DNA from: Antedon mediterranea
Taxonomy: Eukaryota; Animalia; Echinodermata
Assembly: GCF_964355755.1 (NCBI RefSeq)
Contig: NC_092671.1
Location: 21,219,217 to 21,283,216, forward strand
Reading direction: 5' to 3'
Length of the DNA: 64,000 nt
Shown piece after piece: positions 26,041-40,097 of the stretch. A program made the position numbers and the translations under genes. The first letter of the stretch is position 1; each line of letters begins with the position of its first letter. The notes beneath the pieces were generated by a model. The model worked only from the letters and a program-made list of their open reading frames with translations, ran no database searches and had not been told where the DNA came from.

Positions 26041-29000
26041 TCGCTGATCTATCTTTCTGTCGCTGATCTATCTCTCTCTCGCTGATCTATCTCTCTCTCG
26101 CTGATCTATCTCTCTCTCGCTGATCTATCTCTTTCTCGCTGATCTATCTCTCTCTCGGTGATCTATCTCTCTCTCTCTCTCGCTGATCTATCTCTCTGTC
26201 GCTGATCTATCTCTCTCTCGCTGATCTATCTCTCTCTCGCTGATCTATCTCTCTCTCGCTGATCCATCTCCCTTCTCGCTGATCTATCTCTCTCTCTTGC
26301 TGATCTATCTCTGTCTCTCGCTGATCTATCTCTGTCTCTCGCTGATCTATCTCTCTCTCTCGCTGATATATCTCTCTCTCTCGCTGATCTCTCTCTCTCT
26401 CTCTCGCTGATCTATCTCTCTCTCGCTGATCTCTCTCTCTCTCTCGCTGATCTATCTCTCGCAGATCTATCTCTCTCTCTCGCTGATCTATCTCTCTCTC
26501 TCGCTGATATATCTCTCTCTCGCTGATCTATCTCTCTCTCTCGCTGATCTATCTCTCTCTCTCCTGTTGATCTATCTCTCTCTCTCTCGCTGATCTATCT
26601 CTCGCTGATCTATCTCTCTCTCTCTCGCTGATCTATCTCTCTCTGTCTCGCTGATCTATCTCTGTCTCGCTGATCTATCTCTCTCTCTCGCTGATCTATC
26701 TCTCTCCCTGATCTATCTCTCTCTCGCTGATCTATCTCTCACTCGCTGATCTATCTCTCTCTCGCTGATCTATCTCTCTCTCGCTGATCTCTCTCTTTTG
26801 CTGATATATCTCTCGCTGATCTATCTCTCTCTCTCGCTGATCTATCTCTCTCTCTCTCGCTGATATATCTCTCTCTCGCTGATCTATCTCTCTCTCTCGC
26901 TGATCTATCTCTCTCTCTCCTGCTGATCTATCTCTATCTCTCTCTCTCTCGCTGATCTATCTCTCGCTGATCTATCTCTCTCTCTCGCTGATCTATCTCT
27001 CTCTGTCTCGCTGATCTATCTCTGTCTCGCTGATCTATCTCTCTCGCTGATCTATCTCTCGCTGATCTATCTCTCTCTCTCGCTGATCTATTTCTCTCTC
27101 TCGCTGATATATCTCTCTCTCGCTGATCTATCTCTCTCTCTCCTGCTGATCTATCTCTCTCTCTCGCTGATCTATCTCTCGCTGATCTATCTCTCTCTCT
27201 CTCTCTCTCGCTGATCTAACTCTCTCTGTCTCGCTGATCTATCTCTGTCTCGCTGATCTATCTCTCTCTCTCGCTGATCTATCTCTCTCCCTGATCTATC
27301 TCTCTCTCGCTGATCTATCTCTCACTCGCTGATCTATCTCTCTCTCGCTGATCTATCTCTGTCTGTCGCTGATCTATCTCTGTCTCTCGCTGATCAATCT
27401 CTGTCTCTCGCTGATCTATCTCTCTCTCGCTGATCTATCTCTCTCTTGCTGATCTATCTCTCTCTCTCTCTCGCTGATCTATCTCTCTCTCGCTGATCTA
27501 TCTCTCTCTCGCTGATATATATCTCTCTCTCGCTGATCTATCTCTCTCTCGCTGATCTATCTCTCTCTCGCTGATCTATCTCTCTCTCGCTGATCTATCT
27601 CTCTCTCGCTGATCTATCTCCTACTCCCTGATCTATCTCTCTCTCGCTGATCTATCTCTCTCTCGCTGATCTATCTCTCTCTCGCTGATCTATCTCTCTC
27701 TCGCTGATCTATCTCTCTCTCGCTGATCTATCTCTCTCTCGCTGAACTATCTCTCTCACGCTGATCCATCTCTCTCTCGCTGATCTATCTCTCTCTCGCT
27801 GATCTATCTCTCTCTCGCTGATCTATCTCTCTCTCGCTGATCTATCTCTTTCTCGCTGATCTATCTTTCTCTCTCGCTGATCTCTCTCTCTCTCGCTGAT
27901 CTATCACTCTCTCGCTGATCTCTCTCTCTCTCCCTGATCTATCTCTCTCTCTCGCTGATCTATCTCTCTCTCGCTGATCTATCTCTCTCTCGCTGATCTA
28001 TCTCTCTCTCGCTGATCTATCTATCTCTTGCTGATCTATCTCTCTCTCGCTGATCTATCTCTCTCTCGCTGATCTCTCTCGCTGATCTATCTTTTTCTCG
28101 CTGATCTATCTCTCTATCGCTGATCTATCTGTCTCTCGCTGATCTATCTGTCTCTCACTGATCTATCTCTCTCTCGCTGATCCATCTCTCTCTCGCTGAT
28201 CTATCTCTCTCTCGCTGATATATCTCTCTCTCTCGCTGATTTATCACTCTCTCGCTGATCTATCTCTCTCTCGCTGATCTTTCTCTTTCTCTCGCTTTTC
28301 TATCTCTCTCTCTCTCTCGCTGATCTAACTCTCTCTCTCTCGCTGATCCATCTCTCTCTCTCTCTCGCTAATCTATCTATCTCTCTCTCTCGCTGATATA
28401 TCTCTCTCTCTCTCTCGCTGATCTATCTCTCTCTTTCGCTGATCTATCTCTCTCTCGCTGATATTTTTCTGTCTCTCGCTGATCTATCTCTCTCTCGCTG
28501 ATATATATCTCTCTCTCGCTGATCTATCTCTCTCTCGCTGATCTATCTCTCTCTCGCTGATCTATCTCTCTCTCTCTCTCTCTCTCGCTGATCTATCTCT
28601 CTCTCGCTGATCTATCTCTCTCTCACTGATCTATATCTCTCTCGCTGATCTATCTCTCTCTCGCTGATCTATCTCTCTCTCTCGCTGATCTATCTCTCTC
28701 TCTCGCTGATCTATCTCTCTCTCGCTGATCTATCTCTCTCTCGCTGATCTATCTCTCTCTCGCTGACCTATATCTCTCTCGCTGATATATATATCTCTCT
28801 CGCTGATCTATCTCTCTCTCGCTGATCTATCTCTCTCTCTCGCTGATCTATCTCTCTCTCGCTGATCTATCTCTCTCTCGCTGATCGATCTCTCTCTCGC
28901 TGATCTATCTCTTTGTCGCTGATCTATCTCTATCTCGCTGATCTATCTCTCTCTCGCTGATCTATCTCTCTCTCGCTGATCTATCTCTCTCTCTCGCTGA

Positions 29001-30230
29001 TCTCTCTCTCTCTCGCTGATCTATCTCTCTCTCGCTGATCTATCTCTCTCTCGTTGATCTATCTCTCTCTCGCTGATATATCTCTCTCTCTCTCGCTGAT
29101 TTATCACTCTCTCGCTGATCTATCTCTCTCTCGCTGATCTTTCTCTTTCTCTCGCTTATCTATCTCTCTCTCTCTCTCGCTGATCTAACTCTCTCTATCT
29201 CGCTGATCCATCTCTCTCTCTCTCTCTCTCTCGCTAATCTATCTCTCTCTCTCTCTCTCTCGCTGATATATCTCTCTCTCTCTCGCTGATCTATCTCTCT
29301 CTTTCGCTGATCTATCTCTCTCTCTCGCTGATCTATCTGTCTCTCTCACTGATCTGTCTCTCTTTCTCTCGCTTATCTATCTCTATCTCTCGCTGATCTA
29401 TCTCTCTCTCTCGCTGATCTATCTCTCTCTTGCTGATCTATCTCTCTCTCGCTGATCTATCTCTTTCTCGCTGATCTATCTCTCTCTCGGTGATCTATCT
29501 CTCTCTCTCTCTCGCTGATCTATCTCTCTGTCGCTGATCTATCTCTCTCTCGCTGATCTATCTCTCTCTCGCTGATCTATCTCTCTCTCGCTGATCTATC
29601 TCTTTCTCGCTGATCTATCTCTCTCTCGGTGATCTATCTCTCTCTCTCTCTCGCTGATCTATCTCTCTGTCGCTGATCTATCTCTCTCTCGCTGATCTAT
29701 CTCTCTCTCGCTGATCTATCTCTCTCTCGCTGATCCATCTCCCTTCTCGCTGATCTATCTCTCTCTCTTGCTGATCTATCTCTGTCTCTCGCTGATCTAT
29801 CTCTGTCTCTCGCTGATCTATCTCTCTCTCTCGCTGATATATCTCTCTCTCTCGCTGATCTCTCTCTCTCTCTCTCGCTGATCTATCTCTCTCTCGCTGA
29901 TCTCTCTCTCTCTCGCTGATCTATCTCTCGCAGATCTATCTCTCTCTCTCGCTGATCTATCTCTCTCTCTCGCTGATATATCTCTCTCTCGCTGATCTAT
30001 CTCTCTCTCTCGCTGATCTATCTCTCTCTCTCCTGTTGATCTATCTCTCTCTCTCTCGCTGATCTATCTCTCGCTGATCTATCTCTCTCTCTCTCGCTGA
30101 TCTATCTCTCTCTGTCTCGCTGATCTATCTCTGTCTCGCTGATCTATCTCTCTCTCTCGCTGATCTATCTCTCTCCCTGATCTATCTCTCTCTCGCTGAT
30201 CTATCTCTCACACGCTGATCTATCTCTCTC
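23230..30230 (+). repeat. Overlapping tandem duplication, ~3.47-3.54 kb period (junction near 26770)
   Basis: TACTCCC 24080/27622; GATCGATC 25393/28883; CCATCTCCCTTC ~26264/29735; CCTGTTGA 26563/30032. Confidence 0.85.
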
Positions 30231-30569
30231 TCGCTGATCTATCTCTGTCTGTCGCTGATCTATGTCTGTCTCTCGCTGATCAATCTCTGTCTCTCGCTGA
30301 TCTATCTCTCTCTCGCTGATCTATCTCTCTCTCGCTGATCTCTCTCTGTCTCTCGCTGATCTATCTCTGTCTCTCGCTGATCTATCTGTCTCTCGCTGAT
30401 CTATCTGTCTCTCGCTGATCTATCTCTCTCTCGCTGATTTATCACTCTCTCGCTGATCTATCTCTCTCTCGCTGATCTTTCTCTTTCTCTCGCTTATCTA
30501 TCTCTCTCTCTCTCGCTGATCTAACTCTCTCTATCTCGCTGATCCATCTCTCTCTCTCTCTCTCGCTAA

Positions 30570-30606
<37 letters not shown>

Positions 30607-33600
30607 TATATCTCTCTCTCTCTCGCTGATCTATCTCTCTCTTTCGCTGATCTATCTCTCTCTCTCGCTGATCTATCTGTCTCTCTCACTGATCTGTCTC
30701 TCTTTCTCTCGCTTATCTATCTCTATCTCTCGCTGATCTATCTCTCTCTCGCTGATGTATCTCTCTCTTGCTGATCTATCTCTCTCTCGCTGATCTATCT
30801 CTTTCTCCCTGATCTATCTCTCTCTCGGTGATCTATCTCTCTCTTTCTCTCGCTGATCTATCTCTCTGTCGCTGATCTATCTCTCTCTCGCTGATCTATC
30901 TCTCTCTCGCTGATCTATCTCTCTCTCGCTGATCTATCTCTTTCTCGCTGATCTATCTCTCTCTCGCTGATCTATCTCTCTATCTCTCGCTGATCTATCT
31001 CTCTGTCGCTGATCTATCTCTCTCTCGCTGATCTATCTCTCTCTCGCTGATCTATCTCTCTCTCGCTGATCCATCTCCCTCTCGCTGATCTATCTCTCTC
31101 TCTTGCTGATCTATCTCTGTCTCCCGCAGATCTATCTCTGTCTCTCGCTGATCTATCTCTCTCTCTCGCTGATCTATCTCTCTCTCTCGCTGATCTCTCT
31201 CTCTCTCTCTCGCTGATCTATCTCTCTCTCGCTGATCTCTCTCTCTCTCGCTGATCTATCTCTCTCTCGCTGATCTAACTCTCTCTCGCTGATCTCTCTC
31301 TCTCGCTGATCTATCTCTCGCTGATCTATCTCTCTCTCTCGCTGATCTATCTCTCTCTCTCGCTGATATATCTCTCTCTCGCTGATCTATCTCTCTCTCT
31401 CTCGCTGATCTATCTCTCTCTCTCCTGTTGATCTATCTCTCTCTCTCTCTCTCGCTGATCTATCTCTCGCTGATCTATCTCTCTCTCTCTCGCTGATCTA
31501 TCTCTCTCTGTCTCGCTGATCTATCTCTGTCTCGCTGATCTATCTCTCTCTCTCGCTGATCTATCTCTCTCCCTGATCTATCTCTCTCTCGCTGATCTAT
31601 CTCTCACTCGCTGATCTATCTCTCTCTCGCTGATCTATCTCTGTCTGTCACTGATCTATCTCTGTCTCTCGCTGATCAATCTCTGTCTCTCGCTGATCTA
31701 TCTCTCTCTCGCTGATCTATCTCTCTCTCGCTGATCTCTCTCTGTCTCTCGCTGATCTATCTCTGTCTCTCGCTGATCTATCTGTCTCTCGCTGATCTAT
31801 CTGTCTCTCGCTGATCTATCTCTCTCTCGCTGATCTATCTCTCTCTCGCTGATCTATCTCTCTCTCGCTGATCTATTTCTTTCTCGCTGATCTATCTTTC
31901 TCTCTCGCTGATCTCTCTCTCTCTCTCTCTCGCTGATCTATCTCTCTCTCGCTGATCTATCTCTCTCTTGGTGGTCTATCTCTCTCTCTCTCGCTGACCT
32001 ATCTCTCTCTCGCTGATCTATCTCTCTCTCGCTGATCTATCTCTCTCTCGCTGATCTATCTCTCTCTCACTGATCTATATCTCTCTCGCTGATCTATCTC
32101 TCTCTTGCTGATCTATCTCTCTCTCGCTGATCTATCTCTCTCTCGCAGATCTATCTCTCTCTCGCTGATCTATCTCTCTCTCTCGCTGATCTATCTCTCT
32201 CCCTGATCTATCTCTCTCTTGCTGATCTATCTCTCACTCGCTGATCTATCTCTCTCTTGCTGATCTATCTCTGTCTGTCGCTGATCTATCTCTGTCTCTC
32301 GCTGATCAATCTCTGTCTCTCGCTGATCTATCTCTCTCTCGCTGATCTATCTCTCACTCGCTGATCTATCTCTCTTTCTATCGCTGATCTATCTCTCTCT
32401 CGCTGATCTATCTCTCTCTCGCTGATCTATCTCTCTCTCGCTGATATATATCTCTCTCTCGCTGATCTATCTCTCTCTCGCTGATCTATCTCTTTCTCGC
32501 TGATCTATCTCTCTCTCTCGCTGATCTCTCTATCTCTCGCTGATCTATCTCTCTCTTGGTGGTCTCTCTCTCTCTCTCTCTCGCTGATCTATCTCTCTCT
32601 CGCTGATCTATCTCTCTCGCTGATCTATCTCTCTCTCGCTGATCTATCTCTCTCTCGCTGATCTATCTCTCTCTCGCTGATCTATCTCTCTCTCGCAGAT
32701 CTATCTCTCTCTCGCTGATCTATCTCTCTCTCGCTGATCCATCTCCCTCTCGCTGATCTATCTCTCTCTCTTGCTGATCTATCTCTGTCTCTCGCTGATC
32801 TATCTCTGTCTCTCGCTGATCTATCTCTCTCTCTCGCTGATCTATCTCTCTCTCTCGCTGATCTCTCTCCCTCTCTCTCTCTCTCTCGCTGATCTATCTC
32901 TCTCTCGCCGATCTCTCTCTCTCGCTGATCTATCTCTCTCTCGCTGATCTCTCTCTTTTGCTGATCTATCTCTCGCTGATCTATCTCTCTCTCTCGCTGA
33001 TCTATCTCTCTCTCTCTCTCGCTGATATATCTCTCTCTCGCTGATCTATCTCTCTCTCTCGCTGATCTATCTCTCTCTCTCCTGCTGATCTATCTCTATC
33101 TCTCTCTCTCTCGCTGATCTATCTCTCGCTGATCTATCTCTCTCTCTCGCTGATCTATCTCTCTCTGTCTCGCTGATCTATCTCTGTCTCGCTGATCTAT
33201 CTCTCTCGCTGATCTATCTCTCGCTGATCTATCTCTCTCTCTCGCTGATCTATTTCTCTCTCTCGCTGATATATCTCTCTCTCGCTGATCTATCTCTCTC
33301 TCTCCTGCTGATCTATCTCTCTCTCTCGCTGATCTATCTCTCGCTGATCTATCTCTCTCTCTCTCTCTCTCTCTCGCTGATCTAACTCTCTCTGTCTCGC
33401 TGATCTATCTCTGTCTCGCTGATCTATCTTTCTCTCTCGCTGATCTATCTCTCTCCCTGATCTATCTCTCTCTCACTGATCTATCTCTCACTCGCTGATC
33501 TATCTCTCTCTCGCTGATCTATCTCTGTCTGTCGCTGATCTATCTCTGTCTCTCGCTGATCAATCTCTGTCTCTCGCTGATCTATCTCTCTCTCGCTGAT

Positions 33601-36600
33601 CTATCTCTCTCTCGCTGATCTATCTCTCTCTCTCTCTCGCTGATCTATCTCTCTCTCGCTGATCTATCTCTCTCTCGCTGATATATATCTCTCTCTCGCT
33701 GATCTATCTCTCTCTCGCTGATCTATCTCTCTCTCGCTGATCTATCTCTCTCTCGCTGATCTATCTCTCTCTCGCTGATCTATCTCCTACTCCCTGATCT
33801 ATCTCTCTCTCGCTGATCTATCTCTCTCTCGCTGATCTATCTCTCTCTCTCGCTGATCTATCTCTCTCTCGCTGATCTATCTCTCTCTCGCTGATCTATC
33901 TCTCTCTCGCTGAACTATCTCTCTCACGCTGATCCATCTCTCTCTCGCTGATCTATCTCTCTCTCGCTGATCTATCTGTCTCTCTCGCTGATCTATCTCT
34001 CTCTCGCTGATCTATCTCTCTCTCGCTGATCTATCTCTCTCTCGCTGATCTATCTCTTTCTCGCTGATCTATCTTTCTCTCTCGCTGATCTCTCTCTCTC
34101 TCGCATATCTATCACTCTCTCGCTGATCTCTCTCTCTCTCCCTGATCTATCTCTCTCTCTCGCTGATCTATCTCTCTCTCGCTGATCTATCTCTCTCTCG
34201 CTGATCTATCTCTCTCTCGCTGATCTATCTATCTCTTGCTGATCTATCTCTCTCTCGCTGATCTATCTCTCTCTCGCTGATCTCTCTCGCTGATCTATCT
34301 TTTTCTCGCTGATCTATCTCTCTCTCGCTGATCTATCTGTCTCTCGCTGATCTATCTGTCTCTCACTGATCTATCTCTCTCTCGCTGATCCATCTCTCTC
34401 TCGCTGATCTATCTCTCTCTCGCTGATATATCTCTCTCTCTCGCTGATTTATCACTCTCTCGCTGATCTATCTCTCTCTCGCTGATCTTTCTCTTTCTCT
34501 CGCTTTTCTATCTCTCTCTCTCTCGCTGATCTAACTCTCTCTCTCTCGCTGATCCATCTCTCTCTCTCTCGCTAATCTATCTATCTCTCTCTCTCTCGCT
34601 GATATATCTCTCTCTCTCTCTCGCTGATCTATCTCTCTCTTTCGCTGATCTATCTCTCTCTGTCGCTGATCTATCTGTCTCTCTCACTGATCTGTCTCTC
34701 TTTCTCTCGCTTATCTATCTCTATCTCTCGCTGATCTATCTCTCTCTCACTGATCTATCTCTCTCTTGCTGATCTATCTCTCTCTCGCTGATCTATCTCT
34801 TTCTCGCTGATCTATCTCTCTCTCGGTGATCTATCTCTCTCTCTCTCTCTCGCTGATCTATCTCTCTGTCGCTGACCTATCTCTCTCTCGCTGATCTATC
34901 TCTCTCTCGCTGATCTATCTCTCTCTCGCTGATCTATCTCTTTCTCGCTGATCTATCTCTCTCTCGGTGATCTATCTATCTCTCTCTCTCTCTCTCTCGC
35001 TGATCTATCTCTCTGTCGCTGATCTATCTCTCTGTCGCTGATCTATCTCTCTCTCGCTGATCTATCTCTCTCTCGCTGATCCATCTTCCTCTCGCTGATC
35101 TATCTCTCTCTCTTGCTGATCTATCTCTGTCTCTCGCTGATCTATCTCTGTCTCTCGCTGATCTATCTCTCTCTCTCTCGCTGATCTATCTCTCTCTCTC
35201 GCTGATCTCTCTCTCTCTCTCTCTCTCGCTGATCTATCTCTCTCTCGCTGATCTCTCTCTCTCGCTGATCTCTCTCTCTCTCTCTCTCGCTGATCTATCT
35301 CTCTCTCGCTGATCTCTCTCTCTCGCTGATCTATCTCTCGCTGATCTATCTCTCTCTCTCGCTGATCTATCTCTCTCTCTCGCTGATATATCTCTCTCTC
35401 TCGCTGATCTATCTCTCTCTCTCGCTGATCTATCTCTCTCTCTCCTGTTGATCTATCTCTCTCTCTCTCTCGCTGATCTATCTCTCGCTGATCTATCTCT
35501 CTCTCTCTCTCGCTGATCTATCTCTCTCTGTCTCGCTGATCTATCTCTGTCTCGCTGATCTATCTCTCTCTCTCGCTGATCTATCTCTCTCCCTGATCTA
35601 TCTCTCTCTCGCTGATCTATCTCTCACTCGCTGATCTATCTCTCTCTCGCTGATCTATCTCTCTCCCTGATCTATCTCTCTCTCGCTGATCTATCTCTCA
35701 CTCGCTGATCTATCTCTCTCTCGCTGATCTATCTCTGTCTCTCGCTGATCAATCTCTGTCTCTCGCTGATCTATCTCTCTCTCGCTGATCTATCTCTCTC
35801 TCGCTGATCTCTCTCTGTCTCTCGCTGATCTATCTCTGTCTCTCGCTGATCTATCTGTCTCTCGCTGATCTATCTGTCTCTCGCTGATCTATCTGTCTCT
35901 CTCTCGCTGATCTCTCTCTCTCGCTGATCTATCTCTCGCTGATCTATCTCTCTCTCTCGCTGATCTATCTCTCTCTCTCCTGTTGATCTATCTCTCTCTC
36001 TCGCTGATCTATCTCTCGCTGATCTATCTCTCTCTCTCTCGCTGATCTATCTCTCTCTGTCTCGCTGATCTATCTCTGTCTCGCTGATCTAAATCTCTCT
36101 CTCGCTGATCTATCTCTCTCCCTGATCTATCTCTCTCTCGCTGATCTATCTCTCACTCGCTGATCTATCTCTCTCTCGCTGATCTATCTCTCTCTCGCTG
36201 ATCTCTCTCTTTTGCTGATATATCTCTCGCTGATCTATCTCTCTCTCTCGCTGATCTATCTCTCTCTCTCTCGCTGATATATCTCTCTCTCGCTGATCTA
36301 TCTCTCTCTCTCGCTGATCTATCTCTCTCTCTCTCCTGCTGATCTATCTCTATCTCTCTCTCTCTCGCTGATCTATCTCTCGCTGATCTATCTCTCTCTC
36401 TCGCTGATCTATCTCTCTCTGTCTCGCTGATCTATCTCTGTCTCGCTGATCTATCTCTCTCGCTGATCTATCTCTCGCTGATCTATCTCTCTCTCTCGCT
36501 GATCTATTTCTCTCTCTCGCTGATATATCTCTCTCTCGCTGATCTATCTCTCTCTCTCCTGCTGATCTATCTCTCTCTCTCGCTGATCTATCTCTCGCTG

Positions 36601-39600
36601 ATCTATCTCTCTCTCTCTCTCTCTCTCGCTGATCTAACTCTCTCTGTCTCGCTGATCTATCTCTGTCTCGCTGATCTATCTCTCTCTCTCGCTGATCTAT
36701 CTCTCTCCCTGATCTATCTCTCTCTCGCTGATCTATCTCTCACTCGCTGATCTATCTCTCTCTCGCTGATCTATCTCTGTCTGTCGCTGATCTATCTCTG
36801 TCTCTCGCTGATCAATCTCTGTCTCTCGCTGATCTATCTCTCTCTCGCTGATCTATCTCTCTCTTGCTGATCTATCTCTCTCTCTCTCTCGCTGATCTAT
36901 CTCTCTCTCGCTGATCTATCTCTCTCTCGCTGATATATATCTCTCTCTCGCTGATCTATCTCTCTCTCGCTGATCTATCTCTCTCTCGCTGATCTATCTC
37001 TCTCTCGCTGATCTATCTCTCTCTCGCTGATCTATCTCCTACTCCCTGATCTATCTCTCTCTCGCTGATCTATCTCTCTCTCGCTGATCTATCTCTCTCT
37101 CGCTGATCTATCTCTCTCTCGCTGATCTATCTCTCTCTCGCTGATCTATCTCTCTCTCGCTGAACTATCTCTCTCACGCTGATCCATCTCTCTCTCGCTG
37201 ATCTATCTCTCTCTCGCTGATCTATCTGTCTCTCTCGCTGATCTATCTCTCTCTCGCTGATCTATCTCTCTCTCGCTGATCTATCTCTCTCTCGCTGATC
37301 TATCTCTTTCTCGCTGATCTATCTTTCTCTCTCGCTGATCTCTCTCTCTCTCGCTGATCTATCACTCTCTCGCTGATCTCTCTCTCTCTCCCTGATCTAT
37401 CTCTCTCTCTCGCTGATCTATCTCTCTCTCGCTGATCTATCTCTCTCTCGCTGATCTATCTCTCTCTCGCTGATCTATCTATCTCTTGCTGATCTATCTC
37501 TCTCTCGCTGATCTATCTCTCTCTCGCTGATCTCTCTCGCTGATCTATCTTTTTCTCGCTGATCTATCTCTCTATCGCTGATCTATCTGTCTCTCGCTGA
37601 TCTATCTGTCTCTCACTGATCTATCTCTCTCTCGCTGATCCATCTCTCTCTCGCTGATCTATCTCTCTCTCGCTGATATATCTCTCTCTCTCGCTGATTT
37701 ATCACTCTCTCGCTGATCTATCTCTCTCTCGCTGATCTTTCTCTTTCTCTCGCTTTTCTATCTCTCTCTCTCTCTCGCTGATCTAACTCTCTCTCTCTCG
37801 CTGATCCATCTCTCTCTCTCTCTCGCTAATCTATCTATCTCTCTCTCTCTCGCTGATATATCTCTCTCTCTCTCTCGCTGATCTATCTCTCTCTTTCGCT
37901 GATCTATCTCTCTCTCGCTGATATTTTTCTGTCTCTCGCTGATCTATCTCTCTCTCGCTGATATATATCTCTCTCTCGCTGATCTATCTCTCTCTCGCTG
38001 ATCTATCTCTCTCTCGCTGATCTATCTCTCTCTCTCTCTCTCTCTCGCTGATCTATCTCTCTCTCGCTGATCTATCTCTCTCTCACTGATCTATATCTCT
38101 CTCGCTGATCTATCTCTCTCTCGCTGATCTATCTCTCTCTCTCGCTGATCTATCTCTCTCTCTCGCTGATCTATCTCTCTCTCGCTGATCTATCTCTCTC
38201 TCGCTGATCTATCTCTCTCTCGCTGACCTATATCTCTCTCGCTGATATATATATCTCTCTCGCTGATCTATCTCTCTCTCGCTGATCTATCTCTCTCTCT
38301 CGCTGATCTATCTCTCTCTCGCTGATCTATCTCTCTCTCGCTGATCGATCTCTCTCTCGCTGATCTATCTCTTTGTCGCTGATCTATCTCTATCTCGCTG
38401 ATCTATCTCTCTCTCGCTGATCTATCTCTCTCTCGCTGATTTATCTCTCTCTCGCTGATCTATCTCTCTCTCTCGCTGATCTCTCTCTCTCGCTGATCTA
38501 TCTCTCTCTCGCTGATCTATCTCTCTCTCGTTGATCTATCTCTCTCTCGCTGATATATCTCTCTCTCTCTCGCTGATTTATCACTCTCTCGCTGATCTAT
38601 CTCTCTCTCGCTGATCTTTCTCTTTCTCTCGCTTATCTATCTCTCTCTCTCTCTCGCTGATCTAACTCTCTCTATCTCGCTGATCCATCTCTCTCTCTCT
38701 CTCTCTCTCTCGCTAATCTATCTCTCTCTCTCTCTCTCTCGCTGATATATCTCTCTCTCTCTCGCTGATCTATCTCTCTCTTTCGCTGATCTATCTCTCT
38801 CTCTCGCTGATCTATCTGTCTCTCTCACTGATCTGTCTCTCTTTCTCTCGCTTATCTATCTCTATCTCTCGCTGATCTATCTCTCTCTCTCGCTGATCTA
38901 TCTCTCTCTTGCTGATCTATCTCTCTCTCGCTGATCTATCTCTTTCTCGCTGATCTATCTCTCTCTCGGTGATCTATCTCTCTCTCTCTCTCGCTGATCT
39001 ATCTCTCTGTCGCTGATCTATCTCTCTCTCGCTGATCTATCTCTCTCTCGCTGATCTATCTCTCTCTCGCTGATCTATCTCTTTCTCGCTGATCTATCTC
39101 TCTCTCGGTGATCTATCTCTCTCTCTCTCTCGCTGATCTATCTCTCTGTCGCTGATCTATCTCTCTCTCGCTGATCTATCTCTCTCTCGCTGATCTATCT
39201 CTCTCTCGCTGATCCATCTCCCTTCTCGCTGATCTATCTCTCTCTCTTGCTGATCTATCTCTGTCTCTCGCTGATCTATCTCTGTCTCTCGCTGATCTAT
39301 CTCTCTCTCTCGCTGATATATCTCTCTCTCTCGCTGATCTCTCTCTCTCTCTCTCGCTGATCTATCTCTCTCTCGCTGATCTCTCTCTCTCTCGCTGATC
39401 TATCTCTCGCAGATCTATCTCTCTCTCTCGCTGATCTATCTCTCTCTCTCGCTGATATATCTCTCTCTCGCTGATCTATCTCTCTCTCTCGCTGATCTAT
39501 CTCTCTCTCTCCTGTTGATCTATCTCTCTCTCTCTCGCTGATCTATCTCTCGCTGATCTATCTCTCTCTCTCTCGCTGATCTATCTCTCTCTGTCTCGCT

Positions 39601-40048
39601 GATCTATCTCTGTCTCGCTGATCTATCTCTCTCTCTCGCTGATCTATCTCTCTCCCTGATCTATCTCTTTCTCGCTGATCTATCTCTCACTCGCTGATCT
39701 ATCTCTCTCTCGCTGATCTATCTCTGTCTGTCGCTGATCTATGTCTGTCTCTCGCTGATCAATCTCTGTCTCTCGCTGATCTATCTCTCTCTCGCTGATC
39801 TATCTCTCTCTCGCTGATCTCTCTCTGTCTCTCGCTGATCTATCTCTGTCTCTCGCTGATCTATCTGTCTCTCGCTGATCTATCTGTCTCTCGCTGATCT
39901 ATCTCTCTCTCGCTGATTTATCACTCTCTCGCTGATCTATCTCTCTCTCGCTGATCTTTCTCTTTCTCTCGCTTATCTATCTCTCTCTCTCTCGCTGATC
40001 TAACTCTCTCTATCTCGCTGATCCATCTCTCTCTCTCTCTCTCGCTAA

Positions 40049-40097
<49 letters not shown>

